64,000 nt of DNA from positions 1-64,000 of the forward strand of contig CBDCDA010000001.1 of NCBI GenBank assembly GCA_965215335.1, read 5' to 3'. The stretch comes from an uncultured Candidatus Entotheonella sp. GTDB taxonomy: Bacteria; Tectomicrobia; Entotheonellia; Entotheonellales; Entotheonellaceae. Of the stretch, positions 1 to 10,300 are shown one piece after another. The translations under genes were made by a program, and so were the position numbers. The notes under the pieces are model-generated. The model was not told where the DNA came from. It did no database searches and saw only the letters and a list, made by a program, of their open reading frames with translations. The stretch's first letter is position 1; each line of letters opens with the position of its first letter.

Positions 1-1
1 C

Positions 2-73
2 GTGGTCGTGTCGGCTGCCGGCCATGAGGTCACCGTCTTCATCGATATCGTTCCGGCCGTCTACGGACGTTGA
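2..73 (+). CDS. 3' end of an upstream gene (partial, VVVSAAGHEVTVFIDIVPAVYGR*)
   Basis: Open frame from the window edge to TGA 71-73 with host-like GC3 codon usage. Confidence 0.5.
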   Translation: MVVSAAGHEVTVFIDIVPAVYGR

Positions 74-86
74 CAGCAAAGGCGTC

Positions 87-1643
87 TTGCGCGTGTATCC
101 CATCCCATCTCGTGTCACGCAACGTCTTCTCGGCGGCCTGTTTATCCTGCTGACCGCCGTCTTCCTTCCTCCCGGTCCCGTCTCAGCGCAAGTCGAAGAC
201 ATCATCTTGATTGGCGGCAATTACCGTTTGCAGGGCAACCTGCACAATATGCAGGACGGATTTTTCGGCGCCCCTTCGCTTTCCGACAACGATTCAACGC
301 AGCGATTCGTCGACACACGTCTGCGGCTGTCGTTCGACCTGCGGTCCGATGCACCGCTGTCGGTGCACTACGGGCTGGAAATCGGCGACATTACCCTCGG
401 CGCCAAGAACCCGCCTGTCTGGGATTCCACGGGGCACCGGCTGGTGAACGTCGGCTCCGGCAGCGGGGGCGGCGAGGGAGCCGACGGGGTGAATCTGGAA
501 ACAAAGAACGCCTATCTCAACGTGCAGATTCCGGGGGTGCCGGGCCTGTCGTTCCGGGGCGGCATCATTGGCTGGGGCGATCAGTTCGACTGGACCATTC
601 TGGCGACGGATTTTACCGGCTTGCAGTTCACCTACGAGCGGCAGGCGTTGTGGACGCAGTTCACCTTTCTGCAATTTCTGGAAGGCAGCCTGCGACACGA
701 CGAGGACGACTCACGGTGGTTTGCGCTCGACGGCGGCTACGACCTGACCGCCGGCACGGACGTGACCGCCAGCCTTTATCTCTGGGACGACAACGCCAAC
801 GACAATCCCGGCAGCGGTGACGACGCCTATCAGATTTACGCCGGCCTCAAGGTGAACACACGGGTTCTCGATCGCGCGCGGCTGGAGATTTCCGGTGTCT
901 ACAACGTCGGGCAGGAGTTTCTGGGTCAGTCGTGCCAGGGCAGTGTGAAACAGACCGAGATGGAACAAAGTGGGCAGAACTGCCGGGATTCGCCTGGCAG
1001 CCGCACCGGCCTCGACGGCTCGGCCAACCGGGGCTTCATGGGCAGCGTGCACGTCGATTATCCGTTGGGCAAGCACTGGCTGGGCCTGACGCTGCAATAC
1101 ATCTCCGGGGAGGCGGGCAGCCGCATCTCGCTGGATGATGGGAACCAGGACGTGGATGCCTTTCTCGGCCTGTTCAACTCGCAGTATTCCGGCTTTGGCC
1201 GGTCACGTTACACCGAGGGGGGCGGTCTGGAGTTGATCACCCTGGGGTCGCTGAACGATTCCACCGCCGGCCTCAACAACGTCTCGGTATCGCCCTTTTT
1301 TGGGGGTGGCTACAACGGCCGCATGCTGGTGGTGCTGCGTGCCAAGTTCGAGGTCACGCCGGCGTTTTTCGCCTTTGCGGCGCTGGGGTTGGATCAGGCG
1401 GCGCAGCCCAACGAGCATGGGGAGCGGCTGCGCGGCTTCGAGGTTGCATCCCACCTGCGCTGGGACCTCCTGCCCAAGCTCTGGCTGCGAATAGGCGGTT
1501 CCATGATGTTCGTGCAGGATTGGTGGGAGCATAACAGCGACGTGTCGCTGCAAGGCTTCCCGCAGCCCCTGGGCCTGGACTACGAGGGATCCATGGAGGA
1601 CGTCTTCCAATTCGTGCTGCGGCTGCAGTATGACTTTGGCTGA
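87..1643 (+). CDS. Outer-membrane beta-barrel protein (porin/alginate-export-like)
   Basis: Signal-peptide-like N-terminus (LLGGLFILLTAVFLPPGPVSA), amphipathic beta-strand pattern, C-terminal LRLQYDFG. Start uncertain (87 or 93; ORF track 24). Confidence 0.65.
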   Translation: MRVYPIPSRVTQRLLGGLFILLTAVFLPPGPVSAQVEDIILIGGNYRLQGNLHNMQDGFFGAPSLSDNDSTQRFVDTRLRLSFDLRSDAPLSVHYGLEIGDITLGAKNPPVWDSTGHRLVNVGSGSGGGEGADGVNLETKNAYLNVQIPGVPGLSFRGGIIGWGDQFDWTILATDFTGLQFTYERQALWTQFTFLQFLEGSLRHDEDDSRWFALDGGYDLTAGTDVTASLYLWDDNANDNPGSGDDAYQIYAGLKVNTRVLDRARLEISGVYNVGQEFLGQSCQGSVKQTEMEQSGQNCRDSPGSRTGLDGSANRGFMGSVHVDYPLGKHWLGLTLQYISGEAGSRISLDDGNQDVDAFLGLFNSQYSGFGRSRYTEGGGLELITLGSLNDSTAGLNNVSVSPFFGGGYNGRMLVVLRAKFEVTPAFFAFAALGLDQAAQPNEHGERLRGFEVASHLRWDLLPKLWLRIGGSMMFVQDWWEHNSDVSLQGFPQPLGLDYEGSMEDVFQFVLRLQYDFG

Positions 1644-1655
1644 GTGAAGAGGTTC

Positions 1656-2960
1656 CTAGGATTTTGCCATCGCCAGCGCGGTGGTCGTCATATGGTATTT
1701 CGTCAGCAGGTTCGGTATTTCCCACGCCGGTAGCGCGCCTCGTTCGAGGCAATCCAGATAGCCTTCCATGACCTTTCCGAAATGGGCTTCATGTCCGATC
1801 CGATACACGTCGGGAATGTGTACCTGCCAGCCCTCGCCGGCGGGCGAGGGCGACGTCGTCAGGCCCGGATAGCGGGGTTGCAAGGCCGCCAATGCCTTGT
1901 CGAGCGACGCGCCCAAGTCGGCGTTGCTGACGCCCGCCGCCGGCTCGACGTAGACCTCGGGGCGATAGCCCTGCGCCTCTCCCTGCCGAATCAGCACCTC
2001 GCTGCGCGTGCCGCGGGTGACCGATACGTGGGTGTCGTCACCACCGGGCGGCGCCACGAAGTCCCAGGCGACCCATAGGCGGGCATGCACGCCGCGGAGG
2101 GTACAGGTGAATTCGCCGTTGCAGAAATAGGGCAGGGCGCCTTGCGCGTCCAGTGCCCCGTGCAAAAACGCCGGAAATTCCTGCAGGCCCGTCACCTGGG
2201 CGAATTGCGCGCGGTCCACCAGCGTCGGCCAACGCCGGGCGTGCAGCATGCGGACGTCTGAAGCGTGATCAATCGCCTCGTCCGGGAAGCACTCCCACAG
2301 GGTATTGTCGATGAGATGCGTCGTCACGTCCACGATTCCCTCGCCTTGCTGCGCAACGTCGAAGTACCAGGCCGGGCGAATCAGGGCCTGACCCGAGACG
2401 TGTTTGCAGAGATGGTGCACGCTTTCCTTGACGACGGCGGGCACCTCGGGGGTGCCTTGTTGCAGGGCGCCGAACACCGCGGGGTTGTTGATCAATGCGC
2501 GCGCGATGATCGAGGTGATCTCGTGCCGCTGGGTCATGATGTCGCAGACCAGCAGGCCCTTGCGTTGCGCCTCCCGGCAGGCTGCCGCAAGCACCTCCCA
2601 GCCCGACGGGTCGATGCAGATCGGCTTGTCTGCCAGAACGTTCAGGCCGGCCTGAACGGACGCCTGCAAATAGCCCGGCCGCCGGCTGCTGTTGCCCGCC
2701 ACGACGACCACGTTGCCCGGCCGCTGTTGCAGCATGGCGGCGAGATAATCCGGTCCCGCGTGAACCTGTTGCTGCCAGGACGTTGGCTGCTCGGCGCGCT
2801 GGTTGAACGCCTCGATGCGCTGCAAATGCAGGTCCAGGTCCGGTCCTGCGGGCGCGAAAACGCTGACCACCGGGGAGACCTGTTCGTACATGCGCTTTTG
2901 CACCAGGGCGGCGTGAAAGTGGCCGGGATCGAGTGTCATCAAGCGAATGGTGTCCTGCAT
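1656..2960 (-). CDS. Gfo/Idh/MocA-like putative oxidoreductase
   Basis: MTLDPGHFHAALVQK N-terminus, VLADKP motif, GEGIVDVTTHL, GHEAHF. Confidence 0.75.
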   Translation of the reverse strand: MQDTIRLMTLDPGHFHAALVQKRMYEQVSPVVSVFAPAGPDLDLHLQRIEAFNQRAEQPTSWQQQVHAGPDYLAAMLQQRPGNVVVVAGNSSRRPGYLQASVQAGLNVLADKPICIDPSGWEVLAAACREAQRKGLLVCDIMTQRHEITSIIARALINNPAVFGALQQGTPEVPAVVKESVHHLCKHVSGQALIRPAWYFDVAQQGEGIVDVTTHLIDNTLWECFPDEAIDHASDVRMLHARRWPTLVDRAQFAQVTGLQEFPAFLHGALDAQGALPYFCNGEFTCTLRGVHARLWVAWDFVAPPGGDDTHVSVTRGTRSEVLIRQGEAQGYRPEVYVEPAAGVSNADLGASLDKALAALQPRYPGLTTSPSPAGEGWQVHIPDVYRIGHEAHFGKVMEGYLDCLERGALPAWEIPNLLTKYHMTTTALAMAKS

Positions 2961-3150
2961 GCCTGCTGTCTCCACTGTCAGGTTCGAGGGGTACGGCGGC
3001 CGGCGCTTGGTGGTGATGATCTTACCTTACAGATTCGGCGGGTGCGCCGCAATATCCGGTTGGCCCCATGGCCCTGCCGGGTTGTGTATAATGGCCCGCG
3101 CATTCCACCCAGGCATCCGAACGCATGGTTCAACCAAGAGGAGAACGGCA

Positions 3151-3942
3151 ATGAAGGCGGGAAGCACGCAAATCGAGGCCGGGGCGGTGACGTTCGCCCT
3201 GCAGTATCGCCCTTTGATGGAAGATCAGGGGGTCAGCATCCAGGTGCTGGGCGAGCCGGAAGGCGAGACCGCGGAGATGCTGCGGTTCGATTGCTTCGAC
3301 CAGTGTCCGCATTATCACTATGCCCCGAACGAGGCGGACGTGCGCCACGACATGGACAAGACCACGGCGGGAAACCCGATCAGCTGGACGCTGGAGCAAC
3401 TGCGCAACCGGCTGCCGGCCATGCTGGAGCGCGCCGGATACGAGCAGGTGGCGCAGCAGCTCGATTGTGACCGGGTCATCGAGAAGCTCGACCAGGTCGA
3501 GGAGGCCGCCCGGTACATGGCCATCAAGAAGCGCCGCACGGTGACGCACAATCGCGGTGATGTGGTGATCGAATGCGGCAACGTGCGCTTCGGATTGGAG
3601 TTCCGCGAGATCAACGGCGACCGGGGTCTGGCGGTTCACGTGCTCAGCGACGTCGCCGGGCAGGAGATCGAGCTGCTGGCGTTCGATTGCTTTGAATTGG
3701 CGCCGCACTACCACTACGGGCCGCGCAACCAGGACGTGCGCATCTATTGGGACACGACCGTCGTGCCCGATCCGCTGGCCTGGACCCTGGCGCAATTCAA
3801 GCACGGCAGATTGCCTGCCATGATTACCCGTGCCGGCTATCCCACGATTGCCGCGGCCCTCGATGAGCCGCTCATCGCCCGCACGCTCAAGCGGCAGGTG
3901 AAACCCAAGGCGCTGGCCATCCGGGCAGCGCATGCTCAGTAA
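3151..3942 (+). CDS. Hypothetical protein with two tandem FDCF..PHYHY domains
   Basis: RBS AAGAGGAGA before ATG 3151; internal repeat LRFDCFDQCPHYHY / LAFDCFELAPHYHY. Confidence 0.75.
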   Translation: MKAGSTQIEAGAVTFALQYRPLMEDQGVSIQVLGEPEGETAEMLRFDCFDQCPHYHYAPNEADVRHDMDKTTAGNPISWTLEQLRNRLPAMLERAGYEQVAQQLDCDRVIEKLDQVEEAARYMAIKKRRTVTHNRGDVVIECGNVRFGLEFREINGDRGLAVHVLSDVAGQEIELLAFDCFELAPHYHYGPRNQDVRIYWDTTVVPDPLAWTLAQFKHGRLPAMITRAGYPTIAAALDEPLIARTLKRQVKPKALAIRAAHAQ

Positions 3943-3960
3943 AGGTCACGCGCAGGGCGG

Positions 3961-4398
3961 TCATGAAGGGTTGTCCCGGCGCCGGAGGAAAAAGGCCCCG
4001 TACCGACTCATGGGCAGGGGAAACGCGGCGTTCCGGTGCAGGGTTCGCATGTCCGGGATGGCGCGGCAGAGGCTCACAAATGCCCACGCCGTGATGCCGC
4101 TGCGCAGAGCGGCCGCAATCTCTCCGGTTACTGCAAAGCGCGCCGCAAAGGACACGCCAAGGACGGCAAGGCCACCGGTGGCGAGATAGAAGGCGGCGTA
4201 ACTGCCGTATCGGATGCCGTAACCCAGCCCGAGGAATCCGACCGCGACCACCAGGCCGGGAAGTCCATGGCTGCGTTGAGCCATGGCCGGCAAGCCGCCG
4301 AGAGCGAGCAGATGGATGAGCGTGAACAAGATGCCGAGAAAAATGGTGGCGTTGGCGGCTCTGCCGACGCGCTGTACCGGGGTGCTGTTTTTCCTCAC
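3961..4398 (-). CDS. Hypothetical membrane protein
   Basis: 145-aa ORF with about 4 hydrophobic segments. Confidence 0.6.
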   Translation of the reverse strand: MRKNSTPVQRVGRAANATIFLGILFTLIHLLALGGLPAMAQRSHGLPGLVVAVGFLGLGYGIRYGSYAAFYLATGGLAVLGVSFAARFAVTGEIAAALRSGITAWAFVSLCRAIPDMRTLHRNAAFPLPMSRYGAFFLRRRDNPS

Positions 4399-4445
4399 AC
4401 GTATCGTCCTCGAGGGGTGAGAGAAGGTTGCCTGCCGGCGGGTTC

Positions 4446-7106
4446 TTAACCGGTATTCCGCATGCCGGCAGCGATGCCGTTGATCGTCACCAGGAGGGCA
4501 TCGCGCAAGGTGGCGTCCTCGGGATGGTCACGGAAGCGCCGCAGCAGGGCGGCCTGGACGATGTTGAGGGGGTCGACGTAGGGATTGCGCACGTCAATGG
4601 AACGCCTCAGCACCGGGTTGGTGGCGAGCAGGTCGTCGTGACCGGTCACGGCCAGCAGGGCGCGGGTTGTGGCGGCAAAGCGGTGTCGCAGGTCCTCGCC
4701 GAGTGGCCGCAGGGTATCGGGGACCAGCCACTCGTCGTAGCAGGCGGCAATGCGCAGGTCGGCTTTGGCCATGACCATGCCGACGAGGTCGAGCGTGGAT
4801 TGCATGAACGGCCAGTGGTGATACATCGTGTGCAGGTCGTCGCGCTGGCCTCGGCGCAAGGCTTCTGCCAGGGCAGCCCCGACGCCGAGCCAGGACGGCA
4901 GCAGGAGGCGGGTCTGCGTCCAGGCGAACAGCCACGGGATGGCTCGCAGGCTGTCCACGCCGGCGTCGTGCCGACGCCGGCGTACCGGACGGCTGCCGAT
5001 GTTCAATTCGCCCAGCACCGCTTCGGGGGTGGCGGCCTGAAAATACGACACAAAGCGCGCATCGTTCCGCACCACGTCGTGGTAGGCGGTTCTGGCGGTT
5101 TCAGATAGCGCCTCCATGCATCGGCGCCACTCGGGGTCGGGCGCCGGCGGCGGGCGCAGCGTGGCCTCGGCAACCGCTGCGGTGTACACCTCCAGCGTTC
5201 GCAGCGCGATATCCGGGATGCCGAATTTGCTCTGGATCATCTCGCCCTGTTCGGTCACCCGCAGCCGGCCGTCAATCGACCCGGGCGGCTGCGACTGGAT
5301 GGCCGCATACGTGGGGCCGCCACCCCTGCCGACCGAACCCCCGCGGCCATGGAACAGGGTCAGGCGGATGCCGTATTCGCGGCACACCTGTACCAACTCC
5401 TCCTGCGCTTTGTACAGTTCCCATCCCGCCGTGAGGATACCGGCGTCCTTGGCCGAGTCCGAATACCCCACCATTACCTGCAGGGTTCCACCGGTCTGCT
5501 GGTGGTACCAGGGAATGGCCAGCAGCTGTCGGATGGTCGCGCCGGCTTGCCGCAAAGCGTCCACGGTTTCGAACAACGGCACCACCGGCAGCGGTTTGCG
5601 GCAGCCGGCCTGGTGTTGCAGGAATGCGACGGCCAGGATGTCGGAGGGTGTTTTTGCCATGGAAATGACGTAGACGCCGAGCGCTTCGGGACCGAGCTCG
5701 GCGATCGTCCTGAAGGTCTCGAGGACCTCACGGACAGACGGGTCGTCCAGCAGCTGCGGGGGAACAGGGGTCGGGTCGGTTTGCAGGGCGCGCCCGAGAA
5801 AGGTTTGCCGCTGCGCCTCGTCCCACTCGCCGTAGGCGCCGTCTCCTTGGGCGCGGGTGAAGGCAGCGAGCACGGCGGTATGGCGCGCGGCCTCCTGTCG
5901 GATGTCCAGGCGCGCCAGGGTCAGCCCGAAACAGGTGACACGGCGCAGCGTATCCAGCAAGGGGCCGTCGGCAATCGTTCCGGCGCCGACGCTGTGCAGC
6001 GATTGGTGGCAGAGCAGCAGGGCGTCGGCGAGATCGTCCGCCTTCGCATAGGTATTGGCGCGTTTGGGCGGTTGTCCGGCCAACTGCGCGTCGATGTCCC
6101 GCAGGGTGGCGTCGAGGCGTTCCCGCACGCTGTCCAGAAAGGCGCGATACGGCTCGCGGGAATTGCCTGCCCGTGCCCGCAAAGCGTCACTGCAGGCGGT
6201 CATGGAAAGCTCGCCGGCCAGCGCCGTCAGGTCACGCGCGTACAGCATGACGGCTTGCCGGCGTGCCAGCAGACAGACTTTACGGGTGATGGCCGCGGTG
6301 ACGTGCGGATTGCCATCGCGGTCGCCGCCCATCCAGGAGCCAAAGCGTATGGGAACAGCCGCCAAGGGGAGGGGCTTGCCGGTGAAGCGCTGCAGGGCAT
6401 CGTTCAGGAGACGCAGAAAACGCGGCACGACGTCCCACAGGGTTTCTTCAAGGTAGGTCAGGCCACCGCGCGCCTCATCCAGGGGGGTCGGTCGGGTGCG
6501 GCGGATTTCATCCGTCAACCAGCAGGAGGTGACGTCGCGGCGCAGCGCCTGTTCGGTCTCGCGGCGTTCAAATGGCGTCAGGTCGCGGGCGTCGCGTCGC
6601 GCCAGCAGGGCCGCAATGCGATTGTGTTTCCGCAACAGGGTGCGGCGAACCACTTCCGTGGGGTGGGCCGTGAGCACCCATTCGATCTGCTGGCGGCAGA
6701 TCGTCTCGTGCAGGGCTTCAGGCGTCACGCCTGAAGCCAGCAGCCGGGCGAAGGTCGCGTCGCACGACCCCCGTTGCGGAGCGGCTTGCGGGTCCTGCTG
6801 ATACACCCGCCGTCGTCGCGCGCGATGATGTTGCTCGGCCACATTGGCCAGCGTCAGGAAATGGGCGAAGGCGCGGCTGATCCCGAGGGCTTCGTCGACC
6901 GGGAGTTGCGCCAGCAGACGCTCCAATTCCCGGAAAGCGTCGGCATCGCCGGCGCGGGCATTTTTCGCCAGTGCCCGCACGCCCTCGACGGTCTGAAACA
7001 GCGTCTCGCCGCCCTGCTCACGCAGGGTGGCGCCCAGCAGGGCGCCGAGGTCGTGAACGTCACGTCGCAACGGCGCATGCGGGTCGGGGTGTGCCGGGGG
7101 CGTCAT
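4446..7106 (-). CDS. ppc: Phosphoenolpyruvate carboxylase
   Basis: VLTAHPTE, WMGGDRDGNP, VMVGYSDSAKDAG, FHGRGGSVGRGGGP, LRAIPW, C-terminal GMRNTG. Real start at ATG 7106, not 8816. Confidence 0.97.
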   Translation of the reverse strand: MTPPAHPDPHAPLRRDVHDLGALLGATLREQGGETLFQTVEGVRALAKNARAGDADAFRELERLLAQLPVDEALGISRAFAHFLTLANVAEQHHRARRRRVYQQDPQAAPQRGSCDATFARLLASGVTPEALHETICRQQIEWVLTAHPTEVVRRTLLRKHNRIAALLARRDARDLTPFERRETEQALRRDVTSCWLTDEIRRTRPTPLDEARGGLTYLEETLWDVVPRFLRLLNDALQRFTGKPLPLAAVPIRFGSWMGGDRDGNPHVTAAITRKVCLLARRQAVMLYARDLTALAGELSMTACSDALRARAGNSREPYRAFLDSVRERLDATLRDIDAQLAGQPPKRANTYAKADDLADALLLCHQSLHSVGAGTIADGPLLDTLRRVTCFGLTLARLDIRQEAARHTAVLAAFTRAQGDGAYGEWDEAQRQTFLGRALQTDPTPVPPQLLDDPSVREVLETFRTIAELGPEALGVYVISMAKTPSDILAVAFLQHQAGCRKPLPVVPLFETVDALRQAGATIRQLLAIPWYHQQTGGTLQVMVGYSDSAKDAGILTAGWELYKAQEELVQVCREYGIRLTLFHGRGGSVGRGGGPTYAAIQSQPPGSIDGRLRVTEQGEMIQSKFGIPDIALRTLEVYTAAVAEATLRPPPAPDPEWRRCMEALSETARTAYHDVVRNDARFVSYFQAATPEAVLGELNIGSRPVRRRRHDAGVDSLRAIPWLFAWTQTRLLLPSWLGVGAALAEALRRGQRDDLHTMYHHWPFMQSTLDLVGMVMAKADLRIAACYDEWLVPDTLRPLGEDLRHRFAATTRALLAVTGHDDLLATNPVLRRSIDVRNPYVDPLNIVQAALLRRFRDHPEDATLRDALLVTINGIAAGMRNTG

Positions 7107-7156
7107 GCTGTTCAACAGGCCCTCCGTCTCCGGAGTCGGCTGCCTTTCTGCAGCCC

Positions 7157-7255
7157 TCACGAGCCGACTCCTTCCAGCAGCTTCACCAGGTCGTCCGCGT
7201 GTTCTTCTTCCATGGCCAGAATGGTTTCCATCAGCCGCCGTGTCGTGATCGACTT
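7157..7255 (-). pseudogene. C-terminal remnant of a ferritin-like (bacterioferritin/Dps-type) gene
   Basis: ITTRRLMETILAMEEEHADDLVKLL matches the last ExxH helix of ferritin-like proteins; the rest is absent. Confidence 0.55.
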
Positions 7256-7393
7256 GCTGCAACCGGATGGTGACAAACATATTGTAGCGCACGCCTGTCG
7301 ATGCGCACAAACCGCGAGAGCGTCCCTGGAGGTCCAGCAGCCTTTTTGCAATGCAAGAAAGGCGCTCCAGCGGGGGCAATGGCAATGGGGGTG

Positions 7394-8605
7394 CTAAAAC
7401 CGCATCACGGCTACCGGGTCGCCAGGCGAGAGCCGTTCGGCCGCCTCGGGAAGGTCGATCAGGCAGTTGGCGAGGCTCATGGAGCGCAGGATGCCGGAGC
7501 CTTGCGGTCCGGTCGTGGTAACGGTCGGGGGCGCGGCGTCCTGGCTCAGGATGCCGCGCAGAAAAGTGCGCACGCCGCGGCGCTTCGCCACGCCGTCCTG
7601 CAGGACGGCTTCGATGCGAGGCCGCAACAGTTCGCGGTGCCCGGCCATTTTCAGCAGTGCCGGGCGCACGAAGAGCTCGAACGTGACCATCGAAGCGACG
7701 GGATTGCCGGGCAGTGAGAACACCGGCACCCGCCGCACCAGGCCGAAAGTCGCCGGGCTGCCGGGCCGCATGGCCACGGTGTGGAACCGCACTTCGAAAT
7801 CCAGCCCGTTCAGGCACTCGCGCACATAGTCGAACTCTCCCACCGACACCCCGCCGGAGGTAATCAGCACGTCCGCCCGCAGGCCGCTGGCGAGTCGTTC
7901 GCGGATCACGTCGCGCCGGTCCGCGGCCACGCCCAGCAGAACCGGCACGCCGCCGGCCGCCGTCACCTGTCCCGCCAGCGTGTAGGAATTGCTGTTGAAT
8001 ATCTTGTCGCTGGTGTCGGGGTCGCCGGGGTCGGCAATCTCGTCTCCGGTGGCGAGAATGGCGACGCGCGGGCGCTGATACACCCACGCCTGTGCCTGTC
8101 CCACCGACGCCAGGACGCCCAGCTCCGCCGGCCGCAGCAGGGTGTGCTGGCGCAGCACGCGCTCGCCCGTTTGAATGTCCTCGCCACGCCGCCGCAGGTT
8201 GCTGGTCATGGGCGGGGCTTCGTAGATGACGACCCTGGCGTCGTCCGCGTTGGTATGCTCGACCTGCACCACGGTGTCGGCGCCTGCCGGGAGCGGCGCG
8301 CCGGTCATGATCTTGACCGCCGTGCCCGGCGTTACCCGGTGCCGGGGCGCCTTGCCGGCCGGCAGGACTTCGAGGACCTCGAGGATGGCCGGCTGCTCGC
8401 TTGTGGAACCAGCCACGTCGGCATGCCGCACGGCATAGCCGTCCATGGCGGAATTGTCGCCGAGCGGGATGTCGCGCGAGGCGCCGACATCCTCGGCGCT
8501 GACGCGGTGCAGGGCGTCGAGGAGAGCAACCTTTTCCGCGCCGAGGAGGGCCACCGCGTTCAGGATGATGTCTTGCGCCTCGGCGACTCGTACGGCCTGT
8601 TGCAT
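7394..8605 (-). CDS. moeA: Molybdopterin molybdotransferase MoeA
   Basis: NSAMDGYA, IMTGAPLP, TSGGVSVGEFD, LPGNPVAS. Confidence 0.96.
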   Translation of the reverse strand: MQQAVRVAEAQDIILNAVALLGAEKVALLDALHRVSAEDVGASRDIPLGDNSAMDGYAVRHADVAGSTSEQPAILEVLEVLPAGKAPRHRVTPGTAVKIMTGAPLPAGADTVVQVEHTNADDARVVIYEAPPMTSNLRRRGEDIQTGERVLRQHTLLRPAELGVLASVGQAQAWVYQRPRVAILATGDEIADPGDPDTSDKIFNSNSYTLAGQVTAAGGVPVLLGVAADRRDVIRERLASGLRADVLITSGGVSVGEFDYVRECLNGLDFEVRFHTVAMRPGSPATFGLVRRVPVFSLPGNPVASMVTFELFVRPALLKMAGHRELLRPRIEAVLQDGVAKRRGVRTFLRGILSQDAAPPTVTTTGPQGSGILRSMSLANCLIDLPEAAERLSPGDPVAVMRF

Positions 8606-8614
8606 GCCGCTTCC

Positions 8615-9664
8615 CTATTGTGCCGCCAGAAGGTCGGCAAACTGTCCAACCGTGGTCGCAAAATAGTGCGAGCGGTTCCACCTCAGCAGCACCCGGTAGT
8701 TGGAATAGGTCAGAAAGGCGGGTCCGTCGGGGCCGCCGGGCAGGACGAGGGAGGCCGGCAACTGCCGGCCGGGCAGATCGTCCCCGTTGCTGCGGCGCAC
8801 GCCCAGGGCCTGCCACTCGCCGAGGGGTTTGGTCACTTCGAGGCCCTTCAGGTCGAGATCGAAACCTTCCGGCAGGCGGACCCGCCGCCCCCAGGTCTGA
8901 TCGTGCTTCCAGCCGGCCCGGGCGAGGTAGTTGGCGGCCGAGGCGAAGACGTCGGGCAGCGTGCCCCAGATATCGCGACGCTCGTCGCCGTCATGGTCGA
9001 CCGCGAATTCCTGGAAACTCGATGGCATGAACTGACTCTGCCCCATGGCGCCGGCCCACGACCCCAGCATCTCGTCGGGCTGAATGTGGCCGTCATCGAC
9101 GATGCGCAGCGCCTCGAGCAATTGCCTGCGAAAGAACGCGCCGCGCCGTCCGTCGAAGGCCAGGGTCGCCAGGGCGTCGAGAACCGGGAAGCCGCCGGTC
9201 ACGCGCCCGAAATCGCTCTCGATGCCCCACAAAGCGACGATGAAGCGCGGCTGCACCCCGTACGCGTTGCCGATTTCGGCCAGCAAGGCCTGGTGCCGCA
9301 GCAGCAATCGTTTGCCGCGGTTGACGCGCGCCGGCGGCAGCACCCGTGACAGGTACTCGGCGTACGTCAAGGTCCCCTCGGGCTGTCTGCGGTCGAGCTC
9401 GACGACACGGGGCCGAAACGTCAGGCCGGGCAGGGCGGCGTCCAGGGTCTCGGAACGGATCCCCTCGCTCAGGGCCTCCTGGCGGAATTCCACGAGCCAT
9501 GCCGCAAAGTCTCCCTCTTGGGCTTGGGCGCCGACGGCGTGGCCCGTTGCCAGGAACGGCAAAAGCAGCGCAACTGCCGCCAGGCGGCGGCAGTTGCCGA
9601 TCGTGTCCCAAGGCAACGCTGTGCGCATGGCTGACTTCCCTGAATCGGCTTCGTTGAAGGGCAT
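8615..9664 (-). CDS. Lytic murein transglycosylase (MltB/SLT_2 family)
   Basis: LDRRQPE, ALWGIESDFG, GSWAGAMGQSQFMPSS, WNRSHYFA. Start uncertain. Confidence 0.92.
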   Translation of the reverse strand: MPFNEADSGKSAMRTALPWDTIGNCRRLAAVALLLPFLATGHAVGAQAQEGDFAAWLVEFRQEALSEGIRSETLDAALPGLTFRPRVVELDRRQPEGTLTYAEYLSRVLPPARVNRGKRLLLRHQALLAEIGNAYGVQPRFIVALWGIESDFGRVTGGFPVLDALATLAFDGRRGAFFRRQLLEALRIVDDGHIQPDEMLGSWAGAMGQSQFMPSSFQEFAVDHDGDERRDIWGTLPDVFASAANYLARAGWKHDQTWGRRVRLPEGFDLDLKGLEVTKPLGEWQALGVRRSNGDDLPGRQLPASLVLPGGPDGPAFLTYSNYRVLLRWNRSHYFATTVGQFADLLAAQ

Positions 9665-9746
9665 GTTTCGGGACTCATTTCAACAAAGACGCAAGACTAC
9701 TGACAGCACCTGTTTTTGTCAATCGACACCCCACCCGCCGGGCGCA

Positions 9747-9789
9747 TTGACTTTGCCACGTATAGGTAGATAGTATCGGGCACGTGGCC
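9747..9789 (+). promoter_or_regulatory. Putative sigma70 promoter and operator of the AOR operon
   Basis: TTGACT(9747)-N18-TAGTAT, with inverted pair GCCACGT ... ACGTGGC around the -10. Confidence 0.4.
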
Positions 9790-9820
9790 ACATGTCTGAC
9801 ATCAACAGTAAGGAGCGTGC

Positions 9821-10291
9821 ATGAAGGTCCTGCGTATTACGCCACAGCGTTGTACTGGCTGCATGCGGTGTGAGATCGCCTGTTCGTATGAGCAGAGCGG
9901 CGTGTTTCAGCCTGCCAGGTCGGTGATTCGCATCTCCCCGTTCGAGGCGCATACGAGCTATGCGCCCTACACCTGCACCCAGTGCGACGAGGCCTGGTGC
10001 ATGGTGGCCTGCCCGGTCAACGCGATTACCATCTCGCCTGTCGGCGCCAAGGTCATCCTGAACGATGTGTGCGTGGGCTGCAAGCTGTGCACCATTGCCT
10101 GCCCGTACGGCACGATGTTTTACGATCCCGACACCGCCAAGGCGACCAAGTGCGATCTCTGCGGCGGCGCGCCGGCGTGCGCCGGCGCCTGTCCGACGCA
10201 GGCTATCGAGTACGTCGATGCGGAAAGCGCCGACTGGCTGGGGACCTTTGCGGCGGCGCGCGCCGAAACGCAGCTGGCGCAACAGGCATAG
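9821..10291 (+). CDS. 4Fe-4S polyferredoxin subunit (AorA-like)
   Basis: CTGCMRCEIAC, CTQCDEAWCMVACP, CVGCKLCTIACP, KCDLC..CAGACP. Confidence 0.93.
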   Translation: MKVLRITPQRCTGCMRCEIACSYEQSGVFQPARSVIRISPFEAHTSYAPYTCTQCDEAWCMVACPVNAITISPVGAKVILNDVCVGCKLCTIACPYGTMFYDPDTAKATKCDLCGGAPACAGACPTQAIEYVDAESADWLGTFAAARAETQLAQQA

Positions 10292-10300
10292 GGGGGAGCC

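Noticed and set aside
4446..8816. 1456-aa ORF suggesting a giant PEPC fusion
   Set aside because: The N-terminal part is an off-frame read through moeA and the transglycosylase; PEPC similarity starts at about 7106.
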